DNA of 64,000 nucleotides from the human T2T-CHM13v2.0 reference genome, Homo sapiens, in NCBI RefSeq assembly GCF_009914755.1, contig NC_060930.1, one strand, 5' to 3'. Every line of letters starts with the position of its first letter. The first letter of the stretch is position 1. The notes under the pieces were generated by a model. That model was not told the DNA's origin, searched no databases, and worked only from the letters and a program-made list of their open reading frames with translations. This document shows, in pieces, positions 14,322-29,730 of the stretch. Both the position numbers and the translations under genes were made by a program.

Positions 14322-14779
14322 TGTAAGTTAGAAAAACGGAAACCACCCTGGGTGTTTCAAAGAGAGGAAAATTAATGTGGTGAATTGCTCATCTAGTGAT
14401 GAAACTGATGAAAAGCCAAAGAGAGAGAAATACAGCAATTTGGAGGATAGCAAAAGCAGGAAGCACTGCTGTCCCTAAGCTGGAAGGAAAAGGGAAGAGG
14501 TAGAGTCACTGGAGCCAGAGGCTGGGGCTGGCTGGTATGAGCTACAACTATGGTGGGGCCGGCTGGCACGAGGAAAGAAGAGCAGTCCTGGGGAAGACGC
14601 CATCAGAGGCAGAGAAGGGAAGGAGAAATACCCTGGCCTTCCCCCTCTTCCCACCTTCCAGCCTTCCAACAGTGCTTCCCATTGCCAAACCTACCTGGAA
14701 GGCAGTTGACAAGGGAAACGTACCTTCCTACAATGCAGGGGGAATCGCTCTGAGGGCAAACAGGCAAGCAACAAGTACA
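14322..14779 (-). mobile_element. ERVL-class solo LTR (LTR41/LTR33-like)
   Basis: GAAACCACCCTGGGTGTTTCAAAG start and CTGAGGGCAAACAGGCAAG...ACA end, matched to recalled consensus. Confidence 0.5.
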
Positions 14780-15059
14780 AGGCAAGCAACAAGGGTACGG
14801 AGACAAATGTTTAAAACTTTTAAGAGGCAAGTTGGCATAAGTCAAAGACTGATGGTAACAAAGAAAGGAGTCAAAGTGACCACTGGCCTTCCCAGACACA
14901 GCATTTCCAAGACAGCCTTATCTGTCCATCCATTCCTCCCTTAGGGTGGGTCCTTTCCCAGCAGGACTTGCAATCCCTTGTGTGAACAAGGTTTGGAAGC
15001 TCACCAGATTCAAGACATGTCTAACGCCCAGCAGGCGCTCACATTAGACATCCCACTAC

Positions 15060-15960
15060 GCTGGCTTTGTTGACAAGGTGGATGGGGATGCTGCAGATAA
15101 GAGACCCAGAGGAGGAGCAGATCTGGGGATAAGACTGAGGGTTTAGTGTTAGAAATGTTGAACTGAGGCACTTATAGAACACCAAGGAAAGATGGCCAGC
15201 AGATATTTGGATATTTGAGCTGAAATTCCAGGGAGAGGTCATGGCTGAATAGATAATTTAGGAGTCCTCAGCACCCAGGAGTATCCAAAACATAAATTTG
15301 ATGAGATTACTCAGAGAGAACATGTAGAATGAGAAGAGACGCTAATGAGGAAGAAACCCTAAGAAGAGCAAAACACAAGAGTGCTGAGAGCAGAGGTGTT
15401 TCTGGCCAAGAGGGGTGGAGAGAGAAAGAGGAGAACTAGGAGGGTGCCAGGCTCTCTGAAGCCCAGGAGTGGACTCTTTAGTGAGTCTTAAAAAAGAACT
15501 CCCTCATTTATTCATTCAACCAATACTCTGGACACAGCAGTAAAAAACACAAAAATCCCTGCTCAGATATGATTTACATGTTCATGTCACTGCAGCAAAG
15601 AGGTCCATATAAACAAAGAAGGAATAGGGTTTATATGATTGAAAATCAGAACAGCTTTGGTGAAAAACGAGTGCAATTCCAACAGTGATAAGCTCAGAAA
15701 ACAGATCACTGTGTGCTGAGCAAATGATGGGCAAAGGAGTAGAGATGCTGGGTGCAAACAAATCTTTTGAGAAGTTGTATAAAAAGGAAGGAGCAACAGA
15801 GCATATGATAGAAGTAGCGGAGGTTCAAATGAATGTTCATTTTCTTTAGCTAAGACAGCCTTGCTAGTACTCTTGCATGTATATATGGGCTAGCTGCTAG
15901 GCAAAAGGAGTCAGGAAAGATGAGGAAGCTGAAGATTTGAAGAGAACATACTTGATGGAG
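15060..15960 (-). mobile_element. L2 fragments
   Basis: Purine-rich antisense L2 motifs (CAGGGAGAGGTCATGGCTG..., TTCATTCAAC). Confidence 0.55.
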
Positions 15961-16021
15961 CCAGATTCTGATGCAAATAGGAGGTGAGGTCCTCAAAAGG
16001 TCTTGTAAATTAAGAACAGCT

Positions 16022-16316
<295 letters not shown>

Positions 16317-18553
16317 GAATAGCTGAATGGGTATGCATTTTAGGAGAAAATTTTTTTTACTGTTCTTTTTTTTTTTTTTTTTTCTAGCAACCACCAAAAT
16401 AACAAACAAATTCAAAACCAACCTAAGGGTAGGATATGTGCTTCACTCAGGGTGTTCTATAAGGGGACAAAGAGAGAAGCCTTTCCCCCTCCTCCTCCAC
16501 TCCTGCACTCTCTACCTGGTCTTGCCTCCATAATATCTTAGTAGCTAAAACAGGACCCAGCATGACTTTCCCAGCCCATTCAGCACCATGACTCTCCAGA
16601 GGCCCTGATATGCAAAATTTCCCAGGCAGCAGAAGTGCTCGGGATTCTGGAAACAGCCAGTCCTGGGGATCCCAGTGTACAGCTGGGGATGTGGGGGACC
16701 AGTTAGCATCTGGCCACCACTGAGTGTAGAAGGGGAGGCACTCCTATGAGTGTCCCACCCTGGGCTGCTCACGGGGCTGCGGACAAAGCCAATTCCCAGG
16801 TTCTAGGACATCCTTCCCTAAAGGAGAGACCTCAGGCTAGTGTGGGAAGATGTATAGGGAACACAAAGAAGGTGCAGGCTAATCTCCCATTCCAGCTCCT
16901 CTGCCTACTCTGCTCCACTGTCTCACCACACCTTTCTACGTGAAGATAGAACTGATTTTAAAGAACGGATGTAGGGTGAGTTTATCTTCAGTGACCGCAC
17001 TGAAAGCCCTTCCAAGCCAGGCCCAGCCTGGCCCATGCCCTAGGTCCTCCCTAATTGGACCACAGGGCAGAGAGACAGTGGAGGGAGCCTCCCTTGCTGG
17101 CTTTTCTGGGACCAACACAGCGGTGTGTGCTCGCTCCATGCAAGGTCATTGTCACACATGCTCAGTGAGTTCTCCAGGACACATCTATGCAATGATTTCC
17201 TTCCTGAGAGAGTCGTCAAAACAAATCCCATCTTCCTGTGATGTCAGCTTCTTCCCACACACCTGCAGTCACAGGCCAAGTCCCAAAATGATGACTGTCT
17301 AAAAGAATATACAGAAGTAATAACAATAAAAAAATCTCTAAAGGGCCAATCAAGGAGAAAGGCTAGTGGTGCATGCATGCATATGTATATATCTGCGTCT
17401 ATGTTTGTATATATGCATATATGTATACACAGATATTCTCACAAACATATACATTCTAAACAATAAATGTGCACCAATAATAATTAATTTCATTCAGAAA
17501 TTATTTCAGAAAATAATTCCATTCAACTGCTTACCTACATAAAACAGAATAGAAGATGGTAGTTTGGGCTTTAAAAAATTACTTCTAATGCAGTTTGTTT
17601 ACAATTATAAAATAACCAGATGGAAAGCAGTCTGGGGAAAAAATCTGTTTCATCACTGGAGTGAACAAACACAATTAGAATGCTAAAAACAATAAGTCTC
17701 ATGAAAATGAACAGAGCAAGGACTTTTTTCTTGAATAGTGCTTGGATGAATTACGGCCACCTAAACTCCAGTAATCTCTTGAGACTCAGTAACCCCTATG
17801 GCACCAGCTGCAGGCAAAAGAAAAAGAGCTGGCTAATTTGAAATCGACCATTAACATTCATTTTTTTCTCTTGCTACCATTGTAGCAACTGTGGTCTGTC
17901 ATCTTTGCCTTCCATGTGGCATTGCATTTCATGTGAAGAAAGCAAGATTGGCAAGCTTCCATCTCCTTCCCTCACTCATTCATTTTCTGCTTAGAAGAAA
18001 AAAAAAAACAACAAGTTATCTTCAAGTGACTTTGAGTAACCTGAGCTAAGACAATTAGAAATCCATTTATTATTAATGTGCATTTTTTCTTTTTTTTTTG
18101 GCATGTGAAGATTTTAAGTAAAAGAGCACGTTTTATTGTTTGTGCTACAAGTACTGAGAGTATCTAAAAAGAAAACCATAGAATAATTTGTGCCATCAAT
18201 TTCATTGAAAATATCTAGACATACTGCACACAGGAAAAATGTTGACCAAAAATGTAGTCATTGTCTGTTATAATACAGTAGTAGAGGACAGAAAGTAAAT
18301 TTCCATGTTGTTCCTTATCACAACAGCACGTGGTAAACTACTTAGTCATGTTGCTGCTCTAAGAATGGAAAGACAGGTTACAGGATATAAAAGTGAAGTA
18401 TTTATTAAGAGCATTTTAAAGCCAAGGGGCAAACCACATTTGATTATTTCATTACCTTGTTTTTTTTTTCTCCTTACCAACTTCCACTTAAAATATTTGA
18501 ACATTTTTTCTTTTTTAACCGAATCATATTTTTATTAATATAACCAAGTTCGC

Positions 18554-18719
18554 TTTTTTTTTTTTTTTGAGATGGAGTCTCACTCTGTCACCCAGGCTGG
18601 AGTGAAGTGGCACAATCTCGGCTCACTGCAACCTCCACTTCCCTGGTTCAAGTGATTCTCCTGTCTCAGCCTCCTGAGTAGCTGGAATTGCAGGTGTCCA
18701 CTACCACACCTGGCTAATT

Positions 18720-18750
<31 letters not shown>

Positions 18751-18870
18751 AGTGGAGACAGCGTTTTGCCATGTTGGCCAGGCTGGTCCTGAACTCCTGG
18801 CCTAATGTGATCCACCCAACTCAGCCTTCCAAAGTGCTGGGATTACAGGCGTGAGCCATGACACCCAGCC
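18554..18870 (-). mobile_element. AluS with T25 middle linker
   Basis: TSD CCAAGTTC(G/A)CTTTT. Confidence 0.93.
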
Positions 18871-19355
18871 CAAGTTCACTTTTAATAAATGTATTTTTAA
18901 TGGAAAAATATCCACTATCTTGACATATTCACATAATCATATTAAACATTTTTATTTTTTCACATTATTTTTTCATTTGAATAGATTTCTACTGGTTGTT
19001 ACTAAAATATATTATTTTTATTCTTTTTTAATACTTGATGTTAGCTTACTGATATTTGTTTTATGTTTCCGTATAGTATTCTTAATAATTATTTTAAATG
19101 ACCATATAATATGCTGTCTAGTATATATATATATGTATATGTACTTATATATAATTTTTTTAACTATAACCATTTTGTTACGTATTTAGATTGTCTTCAG
19201 GTTTTTTTCTACTATAAATAATGCTATGACAAACATCTACAATCTACTTTTTTCATATTTCTGATTTCCTATTATTTTATTTCCATATATTTAGACTACC
19301 AGAATTAGAATTATAGAGTTACATTGAATAAATCTTTATTGTAATTGACACTATA

Positions 19356-20112
<757 letters not shown>

Positions 20113-20785
20113 TACTAGGCATTATTTCTAACTGGAAGCATCTGTGGGCCCACTGCAAAGCCTTTTAACTGATTTCTCTTCTCCTTTCTTTCATCTTAAA
20201 TCACCAACCAACACATCATAATCTGTGTAAAACACTACTTTCATTCGGTTTTTCCTGACAGTAGCACCAGAATTTCTCTTTTAAAATGCAAAACTCATGC
20301 AGTCAATTCTTATAGTTTGTGGATTTTATATTTGTGAATTTGCTTACTCACTAAAATTTATTTGTAACTCAATATCAATACTCATCGCACTTTAATGGTC
20401 ACTCTCAGATGTGTAGAGAGGTGAAAATTTCAAGTCACCTGATATGCATGTCTTCCACTGAGATTCAACAAGGTGAAACCCTCCTTCTTGTTTCATGCTT
20501 TCTCATACTATAAATAAGTGTTCTTTGCATAGTCTACTTAATATCACGTTTTTTGCTTTTTTCAGCATAGGACTGAAGTAACTTCTAGTGTTCCTAGTGC
20601 AAGAAAGCTATAATGGGCCTTACAGAGAAAATTATCTGTTAGATAAGCTGCTTTCAAGTGTCAGTTGCAGTGCTGTTGGTCCTGGGTTCAATGTTAATGA
20701 ATCAACAATGTATATTAAATAAAGTATCTTCAAATAGAAATACGCTTAACACAAGATTGCATATTGATCGATTGTTGAAAATGTT

Positions 20786-21080
20786 GGCTGGCACAGTGGC
20801 TCATGCCTGTAATCCCAGCACTTTGAAAGCCCGAGGTGGGAGAATTGCTTCACCCAGGAGTTCAAGACCATCCCAGGCAACATAGCGAAATGCCACCTCT
20901 ACAAAAAAATTTGTTTTAAATTAGCCGGCTGTGGTGGTGCAAGCCTGTAGTCCCAACTACTCTGGAGGCTGAGGTGGAAGAAGTGCTTGAGCCTGGGAGG
21001 TTAAGGCTGTAGTGAGCCATGGTCACAGCACTGCACTCTAGCCTGGGAGACAGAGTGAGACCTTTTTTTAAAAAAAAAAA
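20786..21080 (+). mobile_element. AluJ
   Basis: J-type GGTTAAGGCTGTAGTGAGCCATG. Confidence 0.9.
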
Positions 21081-21218
21081 TATATATGCATATAATATAT
21101 ATTATTATATATATTATATGTATATATTATATATATATTATATGTATATATTATATATATATTATATGTATATTATATTATATAATATATTATATGTATA
21201 TATTTTCTATATATATAT
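21081..21218. repeat. Degenerate (TA)n/(TATAT)n array following the Alu tail
   Basis: Direct reading. Confidence 0.9.
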
Positions 21219-24185
21219 TTGTGATCAGAGGCTCTAGGAATCTTACCATGAATAAGAATCAACTGTATTTGCATACTTTGCTTAAAAGCATTTTAAAACC
21301 GCTCATTAACAGAGCAAAGTTTATATTCCAAAGGCTGCCATTCAAGGTCTACACCTTTATGCCCTGAACTAATTTTCTGACCTTATCTTTGACTAATCCC
21401 CAGTGTAGACTTTTGTTGCTAAGAAAAATTCATATATGATTATACAAGAAATAATCACCTTCGGTTCTGCCAAGAAAAGCCTATCTGGTGGGACAAACAA
21501 ATTCCGCTTCAAGATAAAATTCTACAGCAAAAAGGCCCCCATTTCTCAGACACCTAGAAAAGGGTGTTTGTCATTTTACTTCTCTTGGCAGCATGCTCTC
21601 AGGATCCACTGTTTCTAGAAAACTGTTTTGTTGTTACCATGTTACTGACTTCATCCATAGACTTATAGCCAAGTCAAGCTATATTTATTCCAATCAATGT
21701 GAGCTCCTGGCTCCTGAGAGCATGCTGATGTTAACTCTGACATTCTCTTAAAGCATGCTCAGTTCTGCAGCCAACAGCTGTTCCAGAAAGCATAAACAAA
21801 TAATGATAGCACAGAGCAGAGCTATTATGGGTAGGCACAAACATTTTTAATCAGTTGCAGGAGTTTTTGGCAATAAGAATTTCAGATCATTGGATTGGAC
21901 CTGGGTTCAATTTCAGGTATATTTCTTGCTATAACAAAGGCCTTCTCCATCACTCCAAACCATCCAGAGTCCAATATTTCTTTATAGCCTGTGTGACAGC
22001 CTTATGGGAAATAAAAAGGGTATAGCCCCCAAATTCACCTTTCTGCCAAGGGCAACGCAGAGGTAGCATAGTGGAGTAGCTTAGTGGTCAGTGACCAACA
22101 GCAATGGCAGCTCCAGGAGGAATGTGAGTGGCAAGAGACACAACCACAATGTGGAACAGGCTCAGGAGGCAAGAATTTCCCCAAATACTCTTTCAAAGGA
22201 GTCTGAGATCTGGGTGGCATACCATGTATGGACATGTTACTCCAATAGATTCCCCCCTGCTTATGGGATTAATTCCAAATTCTTCAACTTCAAAAAACAA
22301 ATTGATGCCAAACCCCCTTGCCACATCATCTCCTCCCACCCCACCCCAACCATATGCTCCCTGTGACCCAACCTCTTTCTGCTCTCCAGGCACATCACTT
22401 CCTTGCCAGCCTCAGCTCCCCTCCCCGCACTGTGCAGGCTGCCCTCTTTTTTTCTGAATGGATTGAGCCTTCTCACCTATCATCTCCTCTGAGCAGTGCT
22501 TCCAGCCTGCTCAAGCCAATGTGGAGTTGCTCCCTCCTTCCTCTATGCTCCAGTGCACTCCAAATCTACTCGTATTGGAGGATAATGATTCATTGTTGGC
22601 TGCCTCCTCAACTGGGCTACAGAACTTACAGCAAAGACTGAGTCTGTCTCCTATTTGTGTCTCGGACGTCAGACCGGTGCCTGCCATGTGTAGGTGCACA
22701 GTGAGTCCTGATGGCTACATGAATGAATACAGGGATACATTTTTGAAATGTTAATTCATGTACTTTGTTTCTAAAAACTCCCTGGCTCTTGGTTGTCCCA
22801 TAGCTTCTGGTTAACAGCTAAGCTTGGTTGGCTCAGATGGTGAGTTCCTTCCGAAGTTGAAAGAGATAACTAGGTGGCATGACTTGCTGTTCTGGGGAAA
22901 AAGAACCAGACAGAAGAGAAGGTGCGAGCAGACACTGAGAGAAAGTGGAAGGCCCATCCCCACCCAGCCCAGGGCAGAGGGGGAAGGAGAAAAAAGATGG
23001 AGGTCAGGGAAGCAAACGGGCAAATAGGTTTTGACTTCCCCAAAAAGGTGGGTGCTACGAGGTGCGGGGAAGCTGGAAGACAGGGACCTTGTGCTGCACT
23101 CCCTGGTTAGAACTCTGGAAGGAGACATATGGGGTAGTCCCAAGCAAAAAATATGGGGAAGTCCCAAGCAGCCACCTGCACTGAGAGAAAGTCGCACTGG
23201 TGCCTCGGAAGACCCTCTTGTCTTCTGTGGTATGGAAAGGCCCCAGAAAGACTTACAAGCTTCTTAGGTGTGCAGCAGGTAGCTGAAGGGAACTGCTGTG
23301 ATGATTGTAGAAGAAACCGTGAGGGAACTGCTGCGTCAAGGCTGTGGTTTGGACAATTCAAGCCAAAGGCCAGATGCAGAACTTGGCTAGGACTTCGAGG
23401 GGTTCACAGCTCCAGTAAGAGCAGGGGCCCTGTGTACAAGGGAGGACCAAGAGAACAGGTCTCAAACCACCAGCCTCAGGCTTCAGTTGCAGATACTGGC
23501 AGAGTCCCCCCGTGACCAGGAGAAGAAGGGAACTATCTGTGGGGACCAGAGGACCATGAGATCTCTGTGGTCCTCTTATAGACAGGACCCCCTACAAAGT
23601 CATAACAATATCCATATCCATACCCATAGTTACTATCTTGGGAAGAACAAGGCTTGAAGGAGAAATCTAAAAGATGCAGAATTTACATTGTAAAAGAACA
23701 GGTCAAATCAAAAGCAACCAGGACATAGATTGAACTGGCCAGTTAGGGGTTCCCATCTCACCCTTATCCAAGGAAGAGAGAACTTCAGAGGGAGATTTGT
23801 CCAGCTAAACAGAGAACTACATTTTGAGAGGTATATGAATTGCCCTATGTTAATTTTTCAACTCTATTAAAAATGCAAGAAAAAAGACAAAAGAGAAAGG
23901 GCCAGGTCAATACATATTTCATGAAAAGAAACACCCTGCAGGGATACAGTGATGGTGGCCTGGGGACTCCTGTGCCATTTTGCCCAGTAATCTGCCTCAC
24001 GTCTACATTTTCAGACCTTCCTCTTTTGTCAGAGGGCTGTGCTTCCTCAAAACCCTAGGAAGAGAAGAAACCGAGCCACACACACCCTGAGTCTGGGCTT
24101 CAAAAGTCAGCTGCTGCTCCAGCTGCTGTTGCTGCGCCTGTCAGATAGGATTTGCCTCTTGGCCACCTCTTGCTGAAAGGCTTAG

Positions 24186-24189
<4 letters not shown>

Positions 24190-24244
<55 letters not shown>

Positions 24245-24255
24245 TGTGTGTGTGT
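24190..24255. repeat. (GT)~25 plus a short interrupted extension
   Basis: Direct reading. Confidence 0.95.
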
Positions 24256-24869
24256 TTCTGTTTTATTCATCTTTGAGTCTAGGGGCCTTAGGGCATCACA
24301 GTTTGACACTCACAACCTGCCCACAGTCACCCGCCTTGTTGCTAGTGGATGGGGACTGAACTATCCTCCTGACTGACACCATGAGCTCTTGGGTCTAGCA
24401 GGTTAGGCTGTTTCCTGGTGCATACCTTTGCCTCTGCTAGCCTCCCTGGCAGAAACTCTGGATGGGTGCAAAAACCCAAGCCCGTCACTCTTTCAGTTTC
24501 CTACTGTGGCTTCTCTGCCTGAATTCTGAGTCTAGCTCTAATAGACCTTGAAATCTGTGTTAGAAACTCCAGCACTAGCTTCTCCACAGTAAGGAAGAAT
24601 ACTGGCTACTTCATTTGCCTACAAAGCCTCCCAGCTGCTTACCTGGTAACTGGTGACTCCCCTCTATCCACCCCCAGCCTACCCCCACCCTGCCCCCACC
24701 AATCACCCCAGCTTCCTCCACATCTCCCTGGCCCTGCTTGGCCTCATTCAGTAAGTGGCTTCCCATGTGTTCCTCTCAACCATTTTTATTCTTGCAACAT
24801 TCTGAAAATTCACATGGTGATATATTTAGCTATAGCTAGTTACCACATATTCATATATTCAGTCACTGT

Positions 24870-24980
24870 GAAGGGTGTAACATGCATTAATTCATTTAAT
24901 CCTTCAAGAACCCTAAGATGAAACAAATGGGAAAACTCATGGGTAGAAGGGCTAAGAGTTTTGCCCAAAGCCACAACTCA
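24870..24980 (-). mobile_element. MIR fragment
   Basis: TCATTTAATCCTTCAAGAACCCTAAG...TTGCCCAAAGCCACA. Confidence 0.55.
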
Positions 24981-25178
24981 AAGGAGAACTCAAAGTACCA
25001 GGGATATACAGGCAATCAGAAATGCTGAAATGAATTTACACATAAGTGTAAAACTGGTCAAGATCAACAGGGCAATAAGCAATGGCATTCCACTGGACAC
25101 GGTTCATTTGCATTTCTATGGATAATGATCATTTGCATTATTGCCAATTTTCTGCATTTACAGTATAAAATAACTCAA

Positions 25179-25327
25179 GGCTGGAGCCAGGGCTCACAAC
25201 TGTAATCCCACTGTTGTGGGAGGCCGAGGCGGGAGGATCACTTGCGGCCAGGAGGATCACTTGCGGCTCAGCACTCCAGCCTGAGCAACAGATCAAGGTC
25301 CTGTCTCTAAAAATAATAAAATAATAA
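25179..25327 (+). mobile_element. Rearranged monomer-length Alu (FLAM/AluJ-like)
   Basis: Left-arm start, internal duplication, right-arm-like end and A-rich tail; TSD TATAAAATAA(C/T)TCAA. Confidence 0.75.
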
Positions 25328-26712
25328 TATAAAATAATTCAAAGACAATGAAAAGTAGAGGTAAACTGGAAGGTTGTGCTACACAAGATATCCAGAAGTT
25401 ATTTTTATCCATTTTAAGGTCTTTTACAATTTTTTTGACATCGTGAAGATAACATTTTATTGCACAAATATATCTTAACGCAAACACTCTCCACCCATAC
25501 ACACACACAGAAACTGGTCTAGATTCAAGTTCTGGATAGACATTCCCTCTTCAGAATGAATATAATAGAAATGCCTGGACACTCTCTAAGAGGCACCTGT
25601 TAGGGATAAGTATTCCACAACCATGTATTATTCCCAAAGGACTCACCCAATATCATAGGTTATTACAATTTTCTTTCAAAATCATGTTATGGACAGGTTG
25701 TATTGGAATAGTCACCTCTTAGCTTTAATGCCTGTCAGAGCTCATAGGAAGTCTTAAAACCCTTATTAAATATTTTGACTAGAAACCTACCTTCCTTTGC
25801 TCTAACAGAACAAAACAAATGTTTACCAAAAGTACTTCCTAAAAGAGGATATGATTCTGTCTTTAAGAAACCACCAATTTCTTTCTTCCCTAAACACCTG
25901 TTTCCTGCCTTGAGGATTTAGCCTCTTTGGTCACTCAGAATTTAGTGTAGTTTTTGGCTCATCCTAATTTCAGATTTATGTTGTACTTTACCTTCTTTCT
26001 TCTCATTTGACTGTTTCCATGAATGAGAACCTGGTGTGTATGGAGCAGGATTTCATTATACCAGGAATTGCTGCAATTCTTAGTTTCAGGAGTATGTTGC
26101 ATTTAAATGTGGGGACAATGTGTGCGTATTGTAATTGAACTCCTAACCACTGGCTTCCTGTTCTCTGAGAGTCCTTCATTTCCCAGTTATTATCTCTCCT
26201 TGTCATGTATCTTTTATAGCACCCAGCACTCTCTACACCTGATTGTTCATTGTTTGTTTCCTGCTACTTTTCTGACTCCCATGTAAGTCTCGTGAAAGCA
26301 GATGCCAGAATGAGGAGATCAAATTAACATTTGTTAAGTGAATGACTCACTAAAGCGAGGACCTTAAGGGTTTTTTCTAGGACAGAGCATAGAGGTATTA
26401 GTTTGGATTGATCCAGCGGCATCTGTCGCTTGGTTTCTGGTGTGACAAAGACAAGCTCTGGGGTGGTGACTGGCTAGGGGCAGCATGAAATGATTAGGCA
26501 GAACTGAAATCACCATCTTGGCTGCATTGGCATAGCTCAGACCAGCACAGAGTCCCTGCTTGGAGAAGGAAAGCTGCCTAGGGGCCATCAGGCAGGACTA
26601 ACAGGGTAGGAACATAGGAGGTGGGCAGAGAGCAGCAGGGAGATGTCCAGCAGGAAGCGCCCATCCTGGCAAGGGGCAGAGAGCTCCCCTCTGAACAGAG
26701 TGGGCCGGCCCA

Positions 26713-26728
26713 GGGCGGGTGGGGAGGG
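26713..26728 (+). other. Canonical G-quadruplex motif GGGCGGGTGGGGAGGG (1:1:1 loops) overlapping GC/GT boxes
   Basis: Four G3+ tracts separated by single-nucleotide loops. Confidence 0.7.
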
Positions 26729-27672
26729 CTCTGAATCAGGGAGAGAATTCACCACAGCCACATGGCTGACAGCAGCCACCCCACCGCCACCCGCACTGAG
26801 CATGCCAAAGCTTTCCCAAGGCCAAAACAAACAGCTGTGGAAAATGATTCTCCAGCAGATCTGGAATTAACTGCACTTCTAGAGACACCTATGGAGGTCT
26901 CGCTCATTGTCGTGCCGAGAATCAGCATGTACACGTCCCTGTATTCTGGTCTTCCTTTCATTTCTGATTTTGCAAATTCACATTGGATATGACTTTCTGT
27001 TTTTTAGAATTTTTAAGAAGGTAGAATTAAATAAGCATAACTTCAATATTTTTCATCCTGACTTCCCTGTACCCAAACAGCAAACCTAGCAACATGTTAG
27101 AGGAAAATATTGAATAGCACTCACCATTTATGTCATTCATGAAAGCTATCCTTTGGAGAAGCTGGATGAATGAGAATAACTTGCCATGGGAAATGTGCTT
27201 ATAAAAACTTGAGATTGCTGTTAATGGGCTAAATACCTTTGAATTTGAGGACAGTGTAGGCAGAGGCCGATTATATTCAAGTGTGAGGACAGTGTGACAT
27301 TGAGTTTCAGAAAGACAGGGCAACTGTTGGTTAGGCTTCAAACTCATAAAAACAGCACACTCACTGACATGGTCTCATGGCTATGGATGTATGGAGAATA
27401 AACGAACTAATGTGACACATTAGGAAAAAAAGATGTTTATTAGATGTTTTGGTGTGATGGAATAGCTAAATTGTAAGAGGGGATACGTTCTCAAGAGAGG
27501 AAATATCCAGATGTGCAAGGCCCTGGATCAGGATGTGAAGAATGTTTCACATTTACACATTGACTGAATAAAAGGAAGTCTCAGGGCAAATTATTTAAAT
27601 AAAGTGATAGTAAACAATTTCCTAAAATTATTGAGAATTCTTTCTCTTTCTTTAGCAAATGCCCACCTATAA

Positions 27673-28044
<372 letters not shown>

Positions 28045-28584
28045 TAGTTAACTATAAAGCTTCAGAACAAGGGCCTCTCATTCAACCTCAGAAAACCCCA
28101 CGGTTTCTAACCATGCCCTCAGTTATTACGGCAAGGAAAGAGATTGGTTCCAAAATCACATAAAGGTGACAGCTGCTCTGAACTCCCTAGTTTCACAGTG
28201 TTCTCAGATCCAAGGCAGCCACTCCACTTCAGCCCTTTTTAAGCATGACCACATCTGTCTTATCTACTCAGATCTCTAATCTGACCACAGCTCTCCATCC
28301 TGTACATTCCCCTATTCACTCATTATTACCATATCTGCATTATATCACCCTCATTGGGAAATGTATTTGTTCATTTAACAACAATGTATCGAGAGCCTAC
28401 TCTGTGCCTGACACTCTTCTTATAATACACTAGTGAACAAAACAGACAAAAGTCCCTGGGGCTATGGTGGGCAAGGAGGGATATAATAAACAATAGACAT
28501 AACATGTTAGGTGAGAAGGTGATATGTGCTCTGGAAAAATAGAGCACACTAAGAGGGGTCCGGGAGCTGGGGGTGGGTTGCAGT

Positions 28585-29089
<505 letters not shown>

Positions 29090-29317
29090 GTATGATTTTA
29101 AATCAAACACTGACACTTAAGCAAAGACATGAATGAGGTGACAGTTGGCCTTGTGGAGTCTAGGAGAAGAGCATTTGCAGCCATGGAACAAACACTGCAA
29201 AGGCCCTAAATCGAGAGCAGGCCCAGTATGTCCTAGGAATGGCAAACAGTCCAGTGGGCAGAAACAGAGAAACAGAGACAGAGGCATGGTAAAGACCAGC
29301 TTGGTGGGATAACTTGA

Positions 29318-29730
<413 letters not shown>

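Larger units (their letters stand above)
20300..21265. mobile_element. TcMar-Tigger non-autonomous element (MER82-like) split by an AluJ
   Basis: TIRs CAGTCAATTCTTAT...ATAAGAATCAACTG followed by TA. The sequence resumes after the Alu (GAAAATGTT|...|TGTGATCAGAGGCTC). Confidence 0.75.
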
